Of a stretch of DNA of 64,000 nucleotides, positions 47,368 through 57,105 are shown piece after piece. The first letter of the stretch is position 1. Each line of letters starts with the position of its first letter. Below the pieces are notes generated by a model. That model was given only the letters and a program-made list of their open reading frames with translations. It was not told the origin of the DNA and ran no database searches. The DNA is from a virus (taxonomy: Duplodnaviria; Heunggongvirae; Uroviricota; Caudoviricetes), in the IMG/VR virus record IMGVR_UViG_3300043447_000028, positions 17,157-81,156 of that record. The stretch is one strand, 5' to 3'. The translations under genes and the position numbers were made by a program.

Positions 47368-48687
47368 ATGACAACACGTCAACAATTAATGGAGAAGTGG
47401 GCTCCAGTATTGAACCACGAAGGTTCTGCCCCAATTCAAGACAACTACCGTAAGGAAGTTACTGCTGTTCTATTGGAAAACCAAGAACGTGAAATGCAAA
47501 AGCAAGCTGAAGCATTGTTCGAAGGCTCTCCAACTAACGGCACTGGTGGTCAAATCGGTACTGTTGGTGGTGGTAACACTGGTGGTGTTGCTGGTTTCGA
47601 CCCAGTATTGATCTCTTTGGTTCGCCGTGCGATGCCACAATTGATCGCTTATGATGTTGCTGGTGTTCAGCCAATGACTCAACCAACTGGCTTGATCTTC
47701 GCTATGAAGTCTCGCTACACTTCTCAAGGCGGTACTGAAGCCTTGTTCAACGAAGCTGATTCTGGCTTCTCTGGTAATGGTACTGACGCTTCTGGCGGTT
47801 CTGTTCTAGGCGGTTCTGATGCAGTTGGTCGTGGTATCTCTACTGTTGCTGCTGAGCGTTTAGGTCAAGGCGGTTCTGGTGACGGTTCTTTCGCACAAAT
47901 GGCATTCTCTATCGAGAAGGCATCTGTTGTTGCTAAGACTCGTGCTTTGAAGGCTGAGTACTCTATCGAATTGGCTCAAGACTTGAAATCTGTTCACGGT
48001 CTTGACGCTGAAGGCGAATTGAGCAACATCCTGTCTACTGAGATCCTTGCTGAAATCAACCGTGAAGTTATCCGTACAATCTACAACACTTCTAAAGTTG
48101 GTGCTGCAGTTGGTACTGCTACTGCTGGTACTTTCGACTTGGACGTTGACTCTAATGGTCGTTGGTCTGTTGAAAAATTCAAAGGCTTGATGTTCCAAAT
48201 CGAACGTGAAGCTAATGCTATCGGTCAACAAACACGTCGTGGTCGTGGTAACATCATCATCACTTCTGCAGACGTTGCTTCTGCATTGGCGATGGCTGGT
48301 GTTCTTGACTACAACTCTGGTATCACTGGTAAGAACGCATTGACTGTAGATGACACTTCTACTACTTTCGCTGGTGTTCTAAACGGTAAGTACAAAGTTT
48401 ATGTTGACCCATATACTTCTAACGTATCTAACAGCCAATTCTTCGTTGTTGGTTACAAAGGCGCTTCTGCTTTTGACGCTGGTTTGTTCTACTGCCCATA
48501 CGTTCCATTGCAAATGGTTCGTGCTGTTGATCCAAACAGCTTCCAACCAAAGATTGGTTTCAAGACTCGTTACGGTCTAGTTGCTAACCCATTCGTTAAC
48601 TTGGATGACGGCACTTCTGGTCAAGACAACTTGACTGCGAACGCAAACTACTACTACCGCAAAGTTAAAGTTACTAACTTGCTGTAA
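47368..48687 (+). CDS. gp23: major capsid protein gp23
   Basis: 439 aa. N-terminus TTRQQLMEKWAPVLNHEGSAPIQDNYRKEVTAVLLENQEREMQ aligns with T4 gp23 TIKTKAELLNKWKPLLEGEGLPEIANSKQAIIAKIFENQEKDFQ. Shorter than T4 gp23 (521 aa). Confidence 0.9.
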   Translation: MTTRQQLMEKWAPVLNHEGSAPIQDNYRKEVTAVLLENQEREMQKQAEALFEGSPTNGTGGQIGTVGGGNTGGVAGFDPVLISLVRRAMPQLIAYDVAGVQPMTQPTGLIFAMKSRYTSQGGTEALFNEADSGFSGNGTDASGGSVLGGSDAVGRGISTVAAERLGQGGSGDGSFAQMAFSIEKASVVAKTRALKAEYSIELAQDLKSVHGLDAEGELSNILSTEILAEINREVIRTIYNTSKVGAAVGTATAGTFDLDVDSNGRWSVEKFKGLMFQIEREANAIGQQTRRGRGNIIITSADVASALAMAGVLDYNSGITGKNALTVDDTSTTFAGVLNGKYKVYVDPYTSNVSNSQFFVVGYKGASAFDAGLFYCPYVPLQMVRAVDPNSFQPKIGFKTRYGLVANPFVNLDDGTSGQDNLTANANYYYRKVKVTNLL

Positions 48688-48722
48688 TCAGTTAGAAACC
48701 TACTCTAAGATAGGTATTTCAA

Positions 48723-48747
48723 AGGGGGACTTCGGTCTCCCTTTTTT
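48723..48747 (+). terminator. rho-independent terminator after the capsid gene
   Basis: AGGGGGAC-UUCG-GUCUCCCU (8-bp stem with one G-U pair, UUCG tetraloop) followed by UUUUU. Confidence 0.65.
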
Positions 48748-48753
48748 CATTTC

Positions 48754-48760
48754 CTAAATA
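48754..48760 (+). promoter_or_regulatory. late promoter candidate CTAAATA immediately after the terminator
   Basis: CTAAATAATAATG about 30 nt upstream of the ATG at 48792 (RBS AAGAGGA). Confidence 0.4.
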
Positions 48761-48791
48761 ATAATGATTGGTAAACCAAAGAGGACAAAAT

Positions 48792-49097
48792 ATGGCTACA
48801 AAATTCACATGGAAGATCGCTTCTACTGAAGTTACAGATCGTGTTGAAACATTAGACGCAGACAATAACCCAAACCCAGCAACAGGCACTATCTCTGTCA
48901 TTCACTGGGAATTGGTTGGTACAAATAAAGATAAAACTTCTTCTACATTTGGTGGTACTAAGGTTGAAATTAAAAACCAAGTGCTAAGCGAAGTTAAAGA
49001 TAAAGATTTAATCACTGCTCTAGAAACAGCACTTGGTGATGAAGTTCAATCACTAAAAGCTGCTATTGAAGAACATCTAAACCCAACATATAAGTAA
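48792..49097 (+). CDS. hypothetical late protein (start re-set to ATG with RBS; the track ORF uses an upstream TTG)
   Basis: 101 aa from ATG 48792 preceded by AAGAGGACAAAAT. No motif recognised. Confidence 0.35.
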   Translation: MATKFTWKIASTEVTDRVETLDADNNPNPATGTISVIHWELVGTNKDKTSSTFGGTKVEIKNQVLSEVKDKDLITALETALGDEVQSLKAAIEEHLNPTYK

Positions 49098-49615
49098 TGG
49101 CAACATCCATTCCATCTAACTTGAATCCGTTATCACCTAACGGGTTTAAGTTTAGTATCACCAAATTACCTGACGTGTCATTTCACTGTCAAGAAGTAAA
49201 CCTTCCAGGGATTAATCTTGGGGAGCCAGCGTTTTCTACGCCATTCTCTACACAACCAGTTCCAGGTGATACATTACAGTATGATCCATTGACAGTGCAG
49301 TTCTTGGTGGATGAGAATATGTCTAACTACAGAACATTGTATAACTGGATTGTTGCTCTAGGATTCCCAGAAAGTTACGATCAGTATATTGCTGGTAATG
49401 CCATAGACAATGTTGGGTATGCTGAATTGGCTAAGAACTATTCTGATGCTACGCTACAGATCCTAGATAGTAACAACCAAGCTATTCAGACAATGCAGTT
49501 CTATGATGTGTTTCCGACTACCATAGATTCAATGCGCTTTGCTTCTACAAACGATGATGTCAACTATGTTGTTGCCTCTGTAACATTTAAGTTTGGATGG
49601 TATAAATTATTGTAA
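49097..49615 (+). CDS. tail-tube-fold paralog, gp3-like tail completion/tube terminator (g23-g3 arrangement of distant T4-like phages)
   Basis: 172 aa. NGFKFSITKLPDVSFHCQEVNLPGINLGE and MQFYDVFPTTIDSMRFAS...VTFKFGWY parallel the gp19 motifs NQFRAELTFPSF..LCKAAQLPAST and YKFVDAFPTSIGAIGLDY...VEFTYNFF. Confidence 0.5.
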   Translation: MATSIPSNLNPLSPNGFKFSITKLPDVSFHCQEVNLPGINLGEPAFSTPFSTQPVPGDTLQYDPLTVQFLVDENMSNYRTLYNWIVALGFPESYDQYIAGNAIDNVGYAELAKNYSDATLQILDSNNQAIQTMQFYDVFPTTIDSMRFASTNDDVNYVVASVTFKFGWYKLL

Positions 49616-49655
49616 TTGATGTTTAGCTGAGAGGCTAATATAAAATGGAGTTATT

Positions 49656-50093
49656 ATGAATATTGAACAGATTCAAGAAATGTGGGATGTCGATTGTCAA
49701 ATCGACGACAACTACCTCGGTGAGACTACCACCGCTACACCAAAGCTACACGCTAAGTACGTCAAACTTCTAGTCAATGTGAAACTGAAACACACAAAGT
49801 TCAGTTCTGACTATAATATCTTACGTAAAAACAAATTCAGATACTATCGTGGTGAACTCTCACGTGAAGAGTTGACTGCACTTGATTGGCCACAATGGCA
49901 GGGTGTTAAGCCACTGAAGAATGAGATGGATGAATTCCTATCTGGCGATAGCGATCTAAACACAATGAAAGTAAAGATCGACTATCTTGAAACAATGATA
50001 TACTTTTTGGAATCAATCCTCGGACAGATTAAAGCCAGAGACTGGCAAATCAAAACTGCCGTTGAATGGAAGAAGTTCCTAGCAGGGATGTAA
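49656..50093 (+). CDS. uvsY: recombination mediator UvsY-like protein
   Basis: 145 aa (T4 UvsY is 137 aa). Shares its overall pattern (KLHAKYVKLL vs VMLYSKWLNKH; KFRYYRGEL vs RLDYYSGR; C-terminal YLETMIYFLESILGQIKARDWQIK vs YWGILLDFCSGALDAIKSRGFAIK). Immediately upstream of uvsW. Confidence 0.5.
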   Translation: MNIEQIQEMWDVDCQIDDNYLGETTTATPKLHAKYVKLLVNVKLKHTKFSSDYNILRKNKFRYYRGELSREELTALDWPQWQGVKPLKNEMDEFLSGDSDLNTMKVKIDYLETMIYFLESILGQIKARDWQIKTAVEWKKFLAGM

Positions 50094-51574
50094 TGATTAA
50101 GATTGAGAAACTCGATGAGGTTTATGTAAGAGTCTTTTCTGATGCCAGCATCGAACAAGAACTAGCAGACTTCTTCACCTACGAATATCCAGGTGCCAAG
50201 TTCACCCCACAATACAGAGCACGTTTGTGGGATGGTAAGGTGCGCTTGTATGATCAAATCAGAAAGACATTGTATGTCGGTTTGGTTTCATACGTTGAGG
50301 AATTCGCTGTTCGTAATGGCTACCAAGTAGAGTATGTAACTCCAGTTCTAACACGTAACGGTATTACAGCAGAACAAGTAGAAGCATACGCTAAATCACT
50401 AAACCCTATGGGTCGTGGTCAACCAATCGAGATTCGAGACTACCAAGTAGAAGCAGTAAAGACTGCTCTCGATCAGGAGCGGACACTCCTATTATCTCCG
50501 ACTGCTTCTGGAAAGTCATTTATAATTTACACGACAATGAGATATCACGTTGCGAACAAACGTAAGTGTATCATCATAGTTCCAACAACATCTCTTGTTG
50601 AACAGCTACATGCTGACTTCAAAGACTATTCATCTGCTAATGGATGGGATGTTGATGGTAAGTGTCAGAAACTTTATGCTGGTTTTACTAAAGAGTTCAC
50701 ATCAAGCGTATTGATTACTACTTGGCAGTCAGTATATCTACAACCAAAGTCTTGGTTCGCTCAGTTTGATGTTATCTTCGGCGACGAGGCTCACCAGTTC
50801 AAAGCAAAATCCCTAACAACAGTTATGGAAAAGATGGACAAGATCCGTTATCGTATTGGCACAACTGGTACGCTAGATAACAAGAAGGTTCATCGTTTGG
50901 TTCTTGAGGGTATGTTTGGACCAGTGCATAGAGTTACGACTACTAAAGCATTGATGGACTCAAACAAACTTGCTACATTAAAGATTACTTGTGTGTTACT
51001 AAAGTATAACGAAGAAGTTCGCAAGGCAAGAAAGAACAACACATATCAAGATGAGATGGATTTTATTGTTGGCAACGAAGCCAGAAATAAATTCATTCGT
51101 AACCTTGCTATCAAGTCTGAAGGTAACACACTTGTGTTATTCCAGTATGTTGAGAAACATGGTAAGATTCTTTTAGATCTAATCAAAGACAAAGCCCACG
51201 ATACAAGAAAAGTATTCTTCGTTTACGGTGGCACTGATACTGCAGATCGTGAAGCGATCCGTCATATCTGTGAAGGTGAAGAAGACGCTATCATCATTGC
51301 ATCATACGGCACATTCTCTACTGGTATTAACATTCCTTCGATTGAGAATGTAATCTTTGCGTCACCGTCCAAGTCTAAGATCCGTAACCTACAATCTATT
51401 GGTCGTGGTTTGCGATTGAAAAATGGTAAGACGCATTGTAATCTCTATGACCTTGCCGATGACTTGCATTGGAAGTCTTGGAAGAATCATACACTGAACC
51501 ACGCAGCAGAGCGTTACAAGACCTATGCTGAAGAAGAATTCAAATTAAAGGTTGTGGAGGTAGAACTGTGTTAA
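50093..51574 (+). CDS. uvsW: SF2 DNA helicase UvsW-like
   Basis: 493 aa from the ATG overlapping the uvsY stop (TAATG). Motif I SPTASGKS, motif II GDEAHQ, motif III TGT, motif VI QSIGRGLR. Confidence 0.7.
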   Translation: MIKIEKLDEVYVRVFSDASIEQELADFFTYEYPGAKFTPQYRARLWDGKVRLYDQIRKTLYVGLVSYVEEFAVRNGYQVEYVTPVLTRNGITAEQVEAYAKSLNPMGRGQPIEIRDYQVEAVKTALDQERTLLLSPTASGKSFIIYTTMRYHVANKRKCIIIVPTTSLVEQLHADFKDYSSANGWDVDGKCQKLYAGFTKEFTSSVLITTWQSVYLQPKSWFAQFDVIFGDEAHQFKAKSLTTVMEKMDKIRYRIGTTGTLDNKKVHRLVLEGMFGPVHRVTTTKALMDSNKLATLKITCVLLKYNEEVRKARKNNTYQDEMDFIVGNEARNKFIRNLAIKSEGNTLVLFQYVEKHGKILLDLIKDKAHDTRKVFFVYGGTDTADREAIRHICEGEEDAIIIASYGTFSTGINIPSIENVIFASPSKSKIRNLQSIGRGLRLKNGKTHCNLYDLADDLHWKSWKNHTLNHAAERYKTYAEEEFKLKVVEVELC

Positions 51575-52005
51575 CAGGAAAAGAAGTTTTCGTTGTTGTT
51601 AAGTTCACGAGTGGAGAACAGGTGTTGTCTGCTCTGCAAGAAGAAGATGAAATTTACGTGGAGTTGTTGCATCCAATGGTAGTGAAAACTACACCAAACT
51701 TTGCGACTGGGAGAGAACACGTGACAGCTACTCCACTCTGTCAGTTCTCGAGAGACGATTCTTACTTAATTGAAAAGAAGAATGTGATGTTTATTAAAGC
51801 AATGCATTCTGCGTTCGTTCCTCATTATATGAGAATTGTGGAAGAACACAATGATGTCTCGCTGGCGCAAGAACCAGATGAGGAGACAAAGAAAAAGATC
51901 CAACAGCTTGTTGAGGTCTTCGGGGATGCTCTGGAAGAAGAGACTCAACCAGAAGAGGGAGATGGAGAAGGTATCTATGTCGAAGGAAACGATACAGTAC
52001 ATTGA
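51568..52005 (+). CDS. hypothetical acidic protein (GTG start overlapping the uvsW stop)
   Basis: 145-aa ORF with GGAGGT 8 nt upstream of GTG. Very acidic C-terminus. Confidence 0.3.
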   Translation: MLTGKEVFVVVKFTSGEQVLSALQEEDEIYVELLHPMVVKTTPNFATGREHVTATPLCQFSRDDSYLIEKKNVMFIKAMHSAFVPHYMRIVEEHNDVSLAQEPDEETKKKIQQLVEVFGDALEEETQPEEGDGEGIYVEGNDTVH

Positions 52006-52087
52006 TCTATTCAGCATCAACCCTAACACAGTGAATTATGCCCTAAGTCAACTAAATAAGCAAATCTAAATTGCAAGGTAGATAAAG

Positions 52088-52116
52088 TTGTCTTTACAAC
52101 TTGTTTGATGTATACT
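52088..52116 (+). promoter_or_regulatory. sigma70-like promoter upstream of gene 55 (TTGTCT-17-TATACT)
   Basis: -35 TTGTCT at about 52088-52093 and -10 TATACT at about 52111-52116 with a 17-nt spacer. About 38 nt before the gp55 ATG, whose RBS is AAAGGAAAA. A CTAAATAAG motif also lies at about 52053. Confidence 0.45.
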
Positions 52117-52153
52117 TCTCGTTAGCTTTGTTAATCAAAGGAAAATATCATGT

Positions 52154-52741
52154 ATGGCACATTACGTAAATAACGCTGACTTTTTGGTAGCGATCTCGGA
52201 GTATCGAAATAAAGTTCTCGACGCTAAGGAGAAGGGGTTGCCGCCTCCACAAGTAAGTAATTACATAGGCGAATGTATCTTAAAAATTGCAAACCATCTT
52301 TCTTATAAACCGAACTTTATCAACTACTCTTATCGTGAGGAGATGATATCTGATGGCATTGAAAACTGTCTTCAGTACATCAACAACTTCGATCCAACGA
52401 AATCAAATAATCCGTTTGCATACTTCACGCAGATTATTTACTATGCGTTTTTACGTAGGATCGCCAAGGAAAAGAAACAATCTTACATTAAGGGTAAGTT
52501 GATTCAGGACATGCCGTTCGAAGCATTCGAGTTGCAGGAACAAGATGAGACTGGTGAGTTTCATAATGCTTACCTCGACTTTATGCAGAACAACCATACA
52601 TTCGATGATTCTTTTATTACAAAGAAAGCAGCGAAAGCTAAAAAGAAACAAACCTCTCTAGATGATTTTATAGGTGAAGTGGATGATTACCAAGGCGATA
52701 CAAGCACCAGCGATAGCGACGGAAGCGAGAACGATCTTTGA
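52154..52741 (+). CDS. gp55: late-transcription sigma factor gp55
   Basis: 195 aa. YVNNADFLVAI..., SYREEMISDGIENCLQYINNFDPTKSNNPFAYFTQIIYYAFLRRIAKEKK aligns with T4 gp55 ([50 protein letters not shown]). Confidence 0.85.
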   Translation: MAHYVNNADFLVAISEYRNKVLDAKEKGLPPPQVSNYIGECILKIANHLSYKPNFINYSYREEMISDGIENCLQYINNFDPTKSNNPFAYFTQIIYYAFLRRIAKEKKQSYIKGKLIQDMPFEAFELQEQDETGEFHNAYLDFMQNNHTFDDSFITKKAAKAKKKQTSLDDFIGEVDDYQGDTSTSDSDGSENDL

Positions 52742-52838
52742 TCGCATCAGATCGAGTGGAGCAAGACGTAACCGTAGGCGTGCAGCAAAAGGTTCTACCC
52801 GAACATTAAAGGGGTATTGTTTTGACCATTATGATGAT

Positions 52839-53879
52839 ATGACAAATTTGAAAGAGTATATGAGTAGCAGTGACAACAACAAAATCTTTATGGGCGTTTC
52901 TGATTTCGGTGATATGATCACCACCGAGATTCTACAGAAACGTGTAGATGCTGGCAAACAAACTCTTCATCGTGAAACTACTGTTCTTGCCAATCGCCAG
53001 AAATGGGCTGAGTGGTCTGAAGAGGAATTTGAAGGTTGTTTGTTAGTGCAAGGATCCAATTCTTCTGGTTTTATCGTTGAAGAAGAAGATCTGAACTATG
53101 TCACATACACTGTGAACAGTAACTCAACAACTGTTCGTGCCTTCGGTGACGAAGTCTTCTGTGAATATATCATGGACTTGGTCACTGGTAAGTTTGATGT
53201 TGTAACTTCTTATATCGAATGGATCTATTCTGGCGACGGCAACTCTGTTAACGTCCCATTGAATCGTGATCGTCTTCCAGTTGATGAGATGTACCCATTC
53301 CTTAATGGCGAAAAGTTGACTGATTACTACGAACGATTCATGGAATCATCTGCCAACATTCTCCTTCTCATTGGACCACCTGGAACTGGTAAGACTACAT
53401 TCATTCGTGGTCTGTTGTCTCACACTGAGTCTTCTGCGATGGTTACATACGATGCAGCTATCCTCGAAAAAGATTATCTCTTTGCTCGATTTATCGAAGA
53501 CGACACAAGCGTTATGGTGTTGGAAGACTCTGATGCATTCTTGAAGTCTCGTAGCGATGGCAATACAATGATGCACCGATTCCTTAACGTGGGTGATGGT
53601 CTTGTGACTACCAAAGGTAAGAAGATGATCTTCTCCACTAATCTGCCATCTATCCGTGACATTGATTCTGCTTTGGTTCGTCCAGGTCGTTGTTTTGATA
53701 TCGTCACCTTCGATACACTGACTCTCCCACAAGCACAAACACTGGCTGATCGGTTGAATGTTAATCTGCCAGTCAAACCACGTGGCAAAGAAACTGAGAA
53801 GTATTCAATCGCTGAAGTATTCCACGTTCAGCAAAATCAACCAACTGCAACAGCAAACCGAAAGGTAGGTTTCATTTGA
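52839..53879 (+). CDS. classic AAA-family ATPase (start uncertain; the track ORF extends back to 52674 across the gp55 3' end)
   Basis: Walker A LLLIGPPGTGKTTF, Walker B VMVLEDSDAF, second-region-of-homology-like ALVRPGRCFDIV. N-terminal ~170 aa of unknown function. The first in-frame ATG downstream of the gp55 stop is at 52839; the region translated by the track upstream of it is Arg-rich and low-complexity. Confidence 0.6.
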   Translation: MTNLKEYMSSSDNNKIFMGVSDFGDMITTEILQKRVDAGKQTLHRETTVLANRQKWAEWSEEEFEGCLLVQGSNSSGFIVEEEDLNYVTYTVNSNSTTVRAFGDEVFCEYIMDLVTGKFDVVTSYIEWIYSGDGNSVNVPLNRDRLPVDEMYPFLNGEKLTDYYERFMESSANILLLIGPPGTGKTTFIRGLLSHTESSAMVTYDAAILEKDYLFARFIEDDTSVMVLEDSDAFLKSRSDGNTMMHRFLNVGDGLVTTKGKKMIFSTNLPSIRDIDSALVRPGRCFDIVTFDTLTLPQAQTLADRLNVNLPVKPRGKETEKYSIAEVFHVQQNQPTATANRKVGFI

Positions 53880-54017
53880 TAGATAAAAACTGGTTAGATA
53901 AAGTTGCTCTTGGCGCAAAGATCTACAACGAAGATCGTATGCATCGAGACTTCCAAGCTGATGAAGTTAATAAATTCGTTGACTGGTTACATCAACAGTA
54001 TGGTGTAGTTCCCCCAA

Positions 54018-54200
54018 ATGTTAGAGAGGACAATCGTGTATAAAGTAACTTACTACGCTAACTTTAGTAATAAGGTTGTAGATAAAAACTTCAAAGATCT
54101 CCATGAGGCTACTGAGTTCTGTAACTCATTACCAATCAATAGTGTTCTTGAAGTTAAACTATATCCAGACAATGTAGTTAAGAAGGAAGATCGCACATGA
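54018..54200 (+). CDS. hypothetical small protein
   Basis: 60-aa ORF whose stop overlaps the gp47 start (ATGA). Confidence 0.25.
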   Translation: MLERTIVYKVTYYANFSNKVVDKNFKDLHEATEFCNSLPINSVLEVKLYPDNVVKKEDRT

Positions 54201-55252
54201 AGGTAGCAATTATTACAGACCAACACTTTGGTGCACGTAATGATAGTATTGCCTTCTTAGACTTCTTTGAAAAGTTCTATGCTAATACATTCTTTCCTAC
54301 TATTGACGATAATGGTATTGATACCGTTCTTATTCTCGGTGATACTTTTGATCGACGCAAGTATGTCAACTTCTATGCCCTCGACAGAGCAAAGAAAATG
54401 TTTTTCGATGAACTTGAGAGTCGTGGCATTACTGTTCACATGTTGGCTGGTAACCATGACACTTATTTCAAAAACACTAATGAGATAAATTCACCAGACT
54501 TACTTCTACAAGAATACAGTAATGTTATCGTTATCGATAAACCAGAAACTATCGTTATTGATGGCACTTCAATCTGTATGATGCCTTGGATCTGTCCTGA
54601 GAATTATCAAGAGTCGCTTGATATGATGCAGAATACAAAAGCAGAAATTTGTATGGGTCATTTTGAGATCGCTGGCTTTGCAATGTATAGAGGAATGGAA
54701 TCGCATGATGGACTGGATAAAAGTATTTTTGAAAAATTTGATCTTGTATTCAGTGGTCATTATCACCATCGCTCTTCTGACAAGCACATTCATTATCTCG
54801 GAAATCCATACGAACTTACTTGGCAGGACTATAACGATCCCCGAGGATTCCACCTGTTCGATACAGACACAAGAGGACTCCAGTTCATACCTAATCCTTA
54901 TCGAATGTTCGAAAGACTCGAATACAACGATAAAGATGCCGAACCGATTGACCTCGACACTATCGATCTAAAAGATATGTATGTGAAGTTAATTGTTGTT
55001 AACAAAACAGACTTCTATAAATTTGACAAGTTCATTGCTAAGTTGTATAATAAGGGATGTGCTGATATCAAGATCGTTGAGGATATGTCTGAATTCAACG
55101 AAGGTGAGATCGGCGATGAAATTTCTCTAGAAGATACTGTGTCTGTTCTTACTCACTACATCGACTCTATTACAACTGATGTAGACAAAGACCATATCAA
55201 ATCATTTATGCAAGGTCTTTATACCGAAGCAGTTAACATTGAGGTTGTTTAA
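54197..55252 (+). CDS. gp47: recombination nuclease subunit gp47 (Mre11/SbcD family)
   Basis: 351 aa. Phosphoesterase motifs ITDQHFG, GDTFDR, GNHD, GHFE. Confidence 0.8.
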   Translation: MKVAIITDQHFGARNDSIAFLDFFEKFYANTFFPTIDDNGIDTVLILGDTFDRRKYVNFYALDRAKKMFFDELESRGITVHMLAGNHDTYFKNTNEINSPDLLLQEYSNVIVIDKPETIVIDGTSICMMPWICPENYQESLDMMQNTKAEICMGHFEIAGFAMYRGMESHDGLDKSIFEKFDLVFSGHYHHRSSDKHIHYLGNPYELTWQDYNDPRGFHLFDTDTRGLQFIPNPYRMFERLEYNDKDAEPIDLDTIDLKDMYVKLIVVNKTDFYKFDKFIAKLYNKGCADIKIVEDMSEFNEGEIGDEISLEDTVSVLTHYIDSITTDVDKDHIKSFMQGLYTEAVNIEVV

Positions 55253-56970
55253 TGATTCTATTTAAGTCTGTTCAGTGGAAAAACTTCTTATCCACTGGCA
55301 ACTCGTTCAACAAAGTATTACTGAACAAATCAAGCACGACTCTTATCATCGGTAAGAATGGTGAAGGTAAAAGCACAATCTTAGATGCATTGTGCTTCGG
55401 TCTATTTGGCAAACCTTTCCGTAACATCAATAAGGGTCAACTTGTCAACTCTATCAACGGTAAGGGTTGTGTTGTTGAAATTGAATTCTCTATCGGTAAG
55501 AAAGAGTATAAGATCGTTCGTGGTATCAAACCAAACGTATTTGAAATCTGGTGTGGTGACGAGATGGTTAATCAAGATGCTGCAAGCCGTGATTACCAGA
55601 AGGTTCTAGAGCAACAGATTTTACGATTAAACTATAAGACATTCACTCAAGTAGTTATCTTGGGTTCTGCTTCTTTCGTTCCATTCATGCAGTTGACTCC
55701 ATTACAACGACGTGAAGTTATCGAAGACATTCTTGATATTCGTATCTTCTCTACGATGAATACGATCCTGAAAGAAAAAGCCAATGAAACAAAAGACACC
55801 ATCAAGCGTATTGAATCGGAGATTGCTACTGCGAAGACTAAGGTCGATGGACAGACACTACTCATCAAAACTCTTACAGATGCCAAGTCAGAAGCTATTG
55901 GATCTTTACTATCTAAAATCGAAAGTAATAACCAAGAAATTCTCGCCAGCGAAAGTTCGGTGGCATCGTTGGTTGCTGAGATTACCGCACTGCAATCACG
56001 CACTACGGAAAAGAGTAAAGTTGATAGTGACTTTGAAAAAGCGAAGTCATTTAGATCTACACTTACTGCCAGAGTCGAGCACTTCACCAGTGAATCAGAG
56101 TTCTTTACTGAGAATGATGTTTGCCCATCTTGCTCGCAAGACATTCCAGATGCCCATAAGGAAAAGATCCTAAAAGACATCAATGCTAAGATTGATGCTG
56201 AGAACACTCGACTTGAAGATATGGAAAAGGTCTTCACTCGTCTCAATGAACAACTTGCTGAGATCAATGCAGCATTGAATGAGATTACCGATAAGAACAT
56301 CGCTGTCTCTACAAACAATGCTCAGATTACTATGTTGAACAAACTCAATGCTTCTCTCCAAGCTGAGATTGATTCACACAAGTCTGACACAACCAATGTT
56401 GATGAAGAAAAACGTAAGCTGAAAGAACTGGCTCAAGAAGCCATGAACAAAATCAACGAGAAGACTCAGCTACAAGAACAACGTAACATCGAAGAAGTTG
56501 CTGCTGTTCTTTTGAAAGATACTGGTATTAAGACTGCAATCATTCGGGAGTATCTACCTGCAATGAATAAGTTGATTAATAAGTACCTGACTGCGATGGA
56601 TGCGTACATCCACTTCGAGCTAGATGAAGCATTTAATGAGATCGTTAAGTCACGCCATCGTGATGATTTCACTTATGCCTCGTTCTCTGAAGGTGAGAAG
56701 ATGCGTATTGACTTAGCAATTCTGTTCACATGGCGTCAGATTGCTAAGATGAAAAACTCAGTAAACACCAACCTGTTGTTGCTTGATGAGATTTTCGACT
56801 CTTCCCTCGACACAGCTGGTACTGATTACTTCTTAAACCTTATGAATGGTTTCGGTGAAAACACTAACATCTTTGTAATCTCTCACAAAGGTGACCAACT
56901 GTTCGATAAGTTCAGATCCGTTATCAAGTTCGAGAAACGCAATGACTTCAGTGTGATTGCTGCTCCGTAA
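55252..56970 (+). CDS. gp46: recombination ATPase subunit gp46 (Rad50/SbcC family)
   Basis: 572 aa. N-terminal Walker A IGKNGEGKSTILDALCFGLFG, long central coiled coil, C-terminal D-loop/Walker B LLLLDEIFD. Start overlaps the gp47 stop. Confidence 0.85.
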   Translation: MILFKSVQWKNFLSTGNSFNKVLLNKSSTTLIIGKNGEGKSTILDALCFGLFGKPFRNINKGQLVNSINGKGCVVEIEFSIGKKEYKIVRGIKPNVFEIWCGDEMVNQDAASRDYQKVLEQQILRLNYKTFTQVVILGSASFVPFMQLTPLQRREVIEDILDIRIFSTMNTILKEKANETKDTIKRIESEIATAKTKVDGQTLLIKTLTDAKSEAIGSLLSKIESNNQEILASESSVASLVAEITALQSRTTEKSKVDSDFEKAKSFRSTLTARVEHFTSESEFFTENDVCPSCSQDIPDAHKEKILKDINAKIDAENTRLEDMEKVFTRLNEQLAEINAALNEITDKNIAVSTNNAQITMLNKLNASLQAEIDSHKSDTTNVDEEKRKLKELAQEAMNKINEKTQLQEQRNIEEVAAVLLKDTGIKTAIIREYLPAMNKLINKYLTAMDAYIHFELDEAFNEIVKSRHRDDFTYASFSEGEKMRIDLAILFTWRQIAKMKNSVNTNLLLLDEIFDSSLDTAGTDYFLNLMNGFGENTNIFVISHKGDQLFDKFRSVIKFEKRNDFSVIAAP

Positions 56971-57000
56971 AAGTAATACTTTTGGTTTCTAGAATAAAGA

Positions 57001-57024
57001 CCCCACCGAGTGTGGGGTTTTTCG
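57001..57024 (+). terminator. rho-independent terminator after gene 46
   Basis: CCCCAC-cgagt-GTGGGG hairpin followed by TTTTTCGTTTTCG. Confidence 0.55.
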
Positions 57025-57105
57025 TTTTCGTAACCTGTTGATTTTACAGGGGTTTTCAGAAGTGTTAAATAGTTGTTGTCTTTTATCACTAGCTGGAGCA
57101 TAATA

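Noticed and set aside
52674-52838. Upstream extension of the AAA ATPase ORF overlapping the 3' end of gene 55 by 68 nt
   Set aside because: The translated extension is Arg-rich low complexity in an alternative frame of gp55 coding sequence, with no RBS at 52674 (GTG). The start was re-set to the first downstream in-frame ATG, but it remains uncertain.
57037-57105. Sigma70-like promoter for the small ORFs after the gp46 terminator (TTGATT or TTGTCT with TAATAAT)
   Set aside because: Every combination gives a spacer of 19-22 nt; no convincing -35/-10 pair was found. The region probably has a promoter but I cannot place it.
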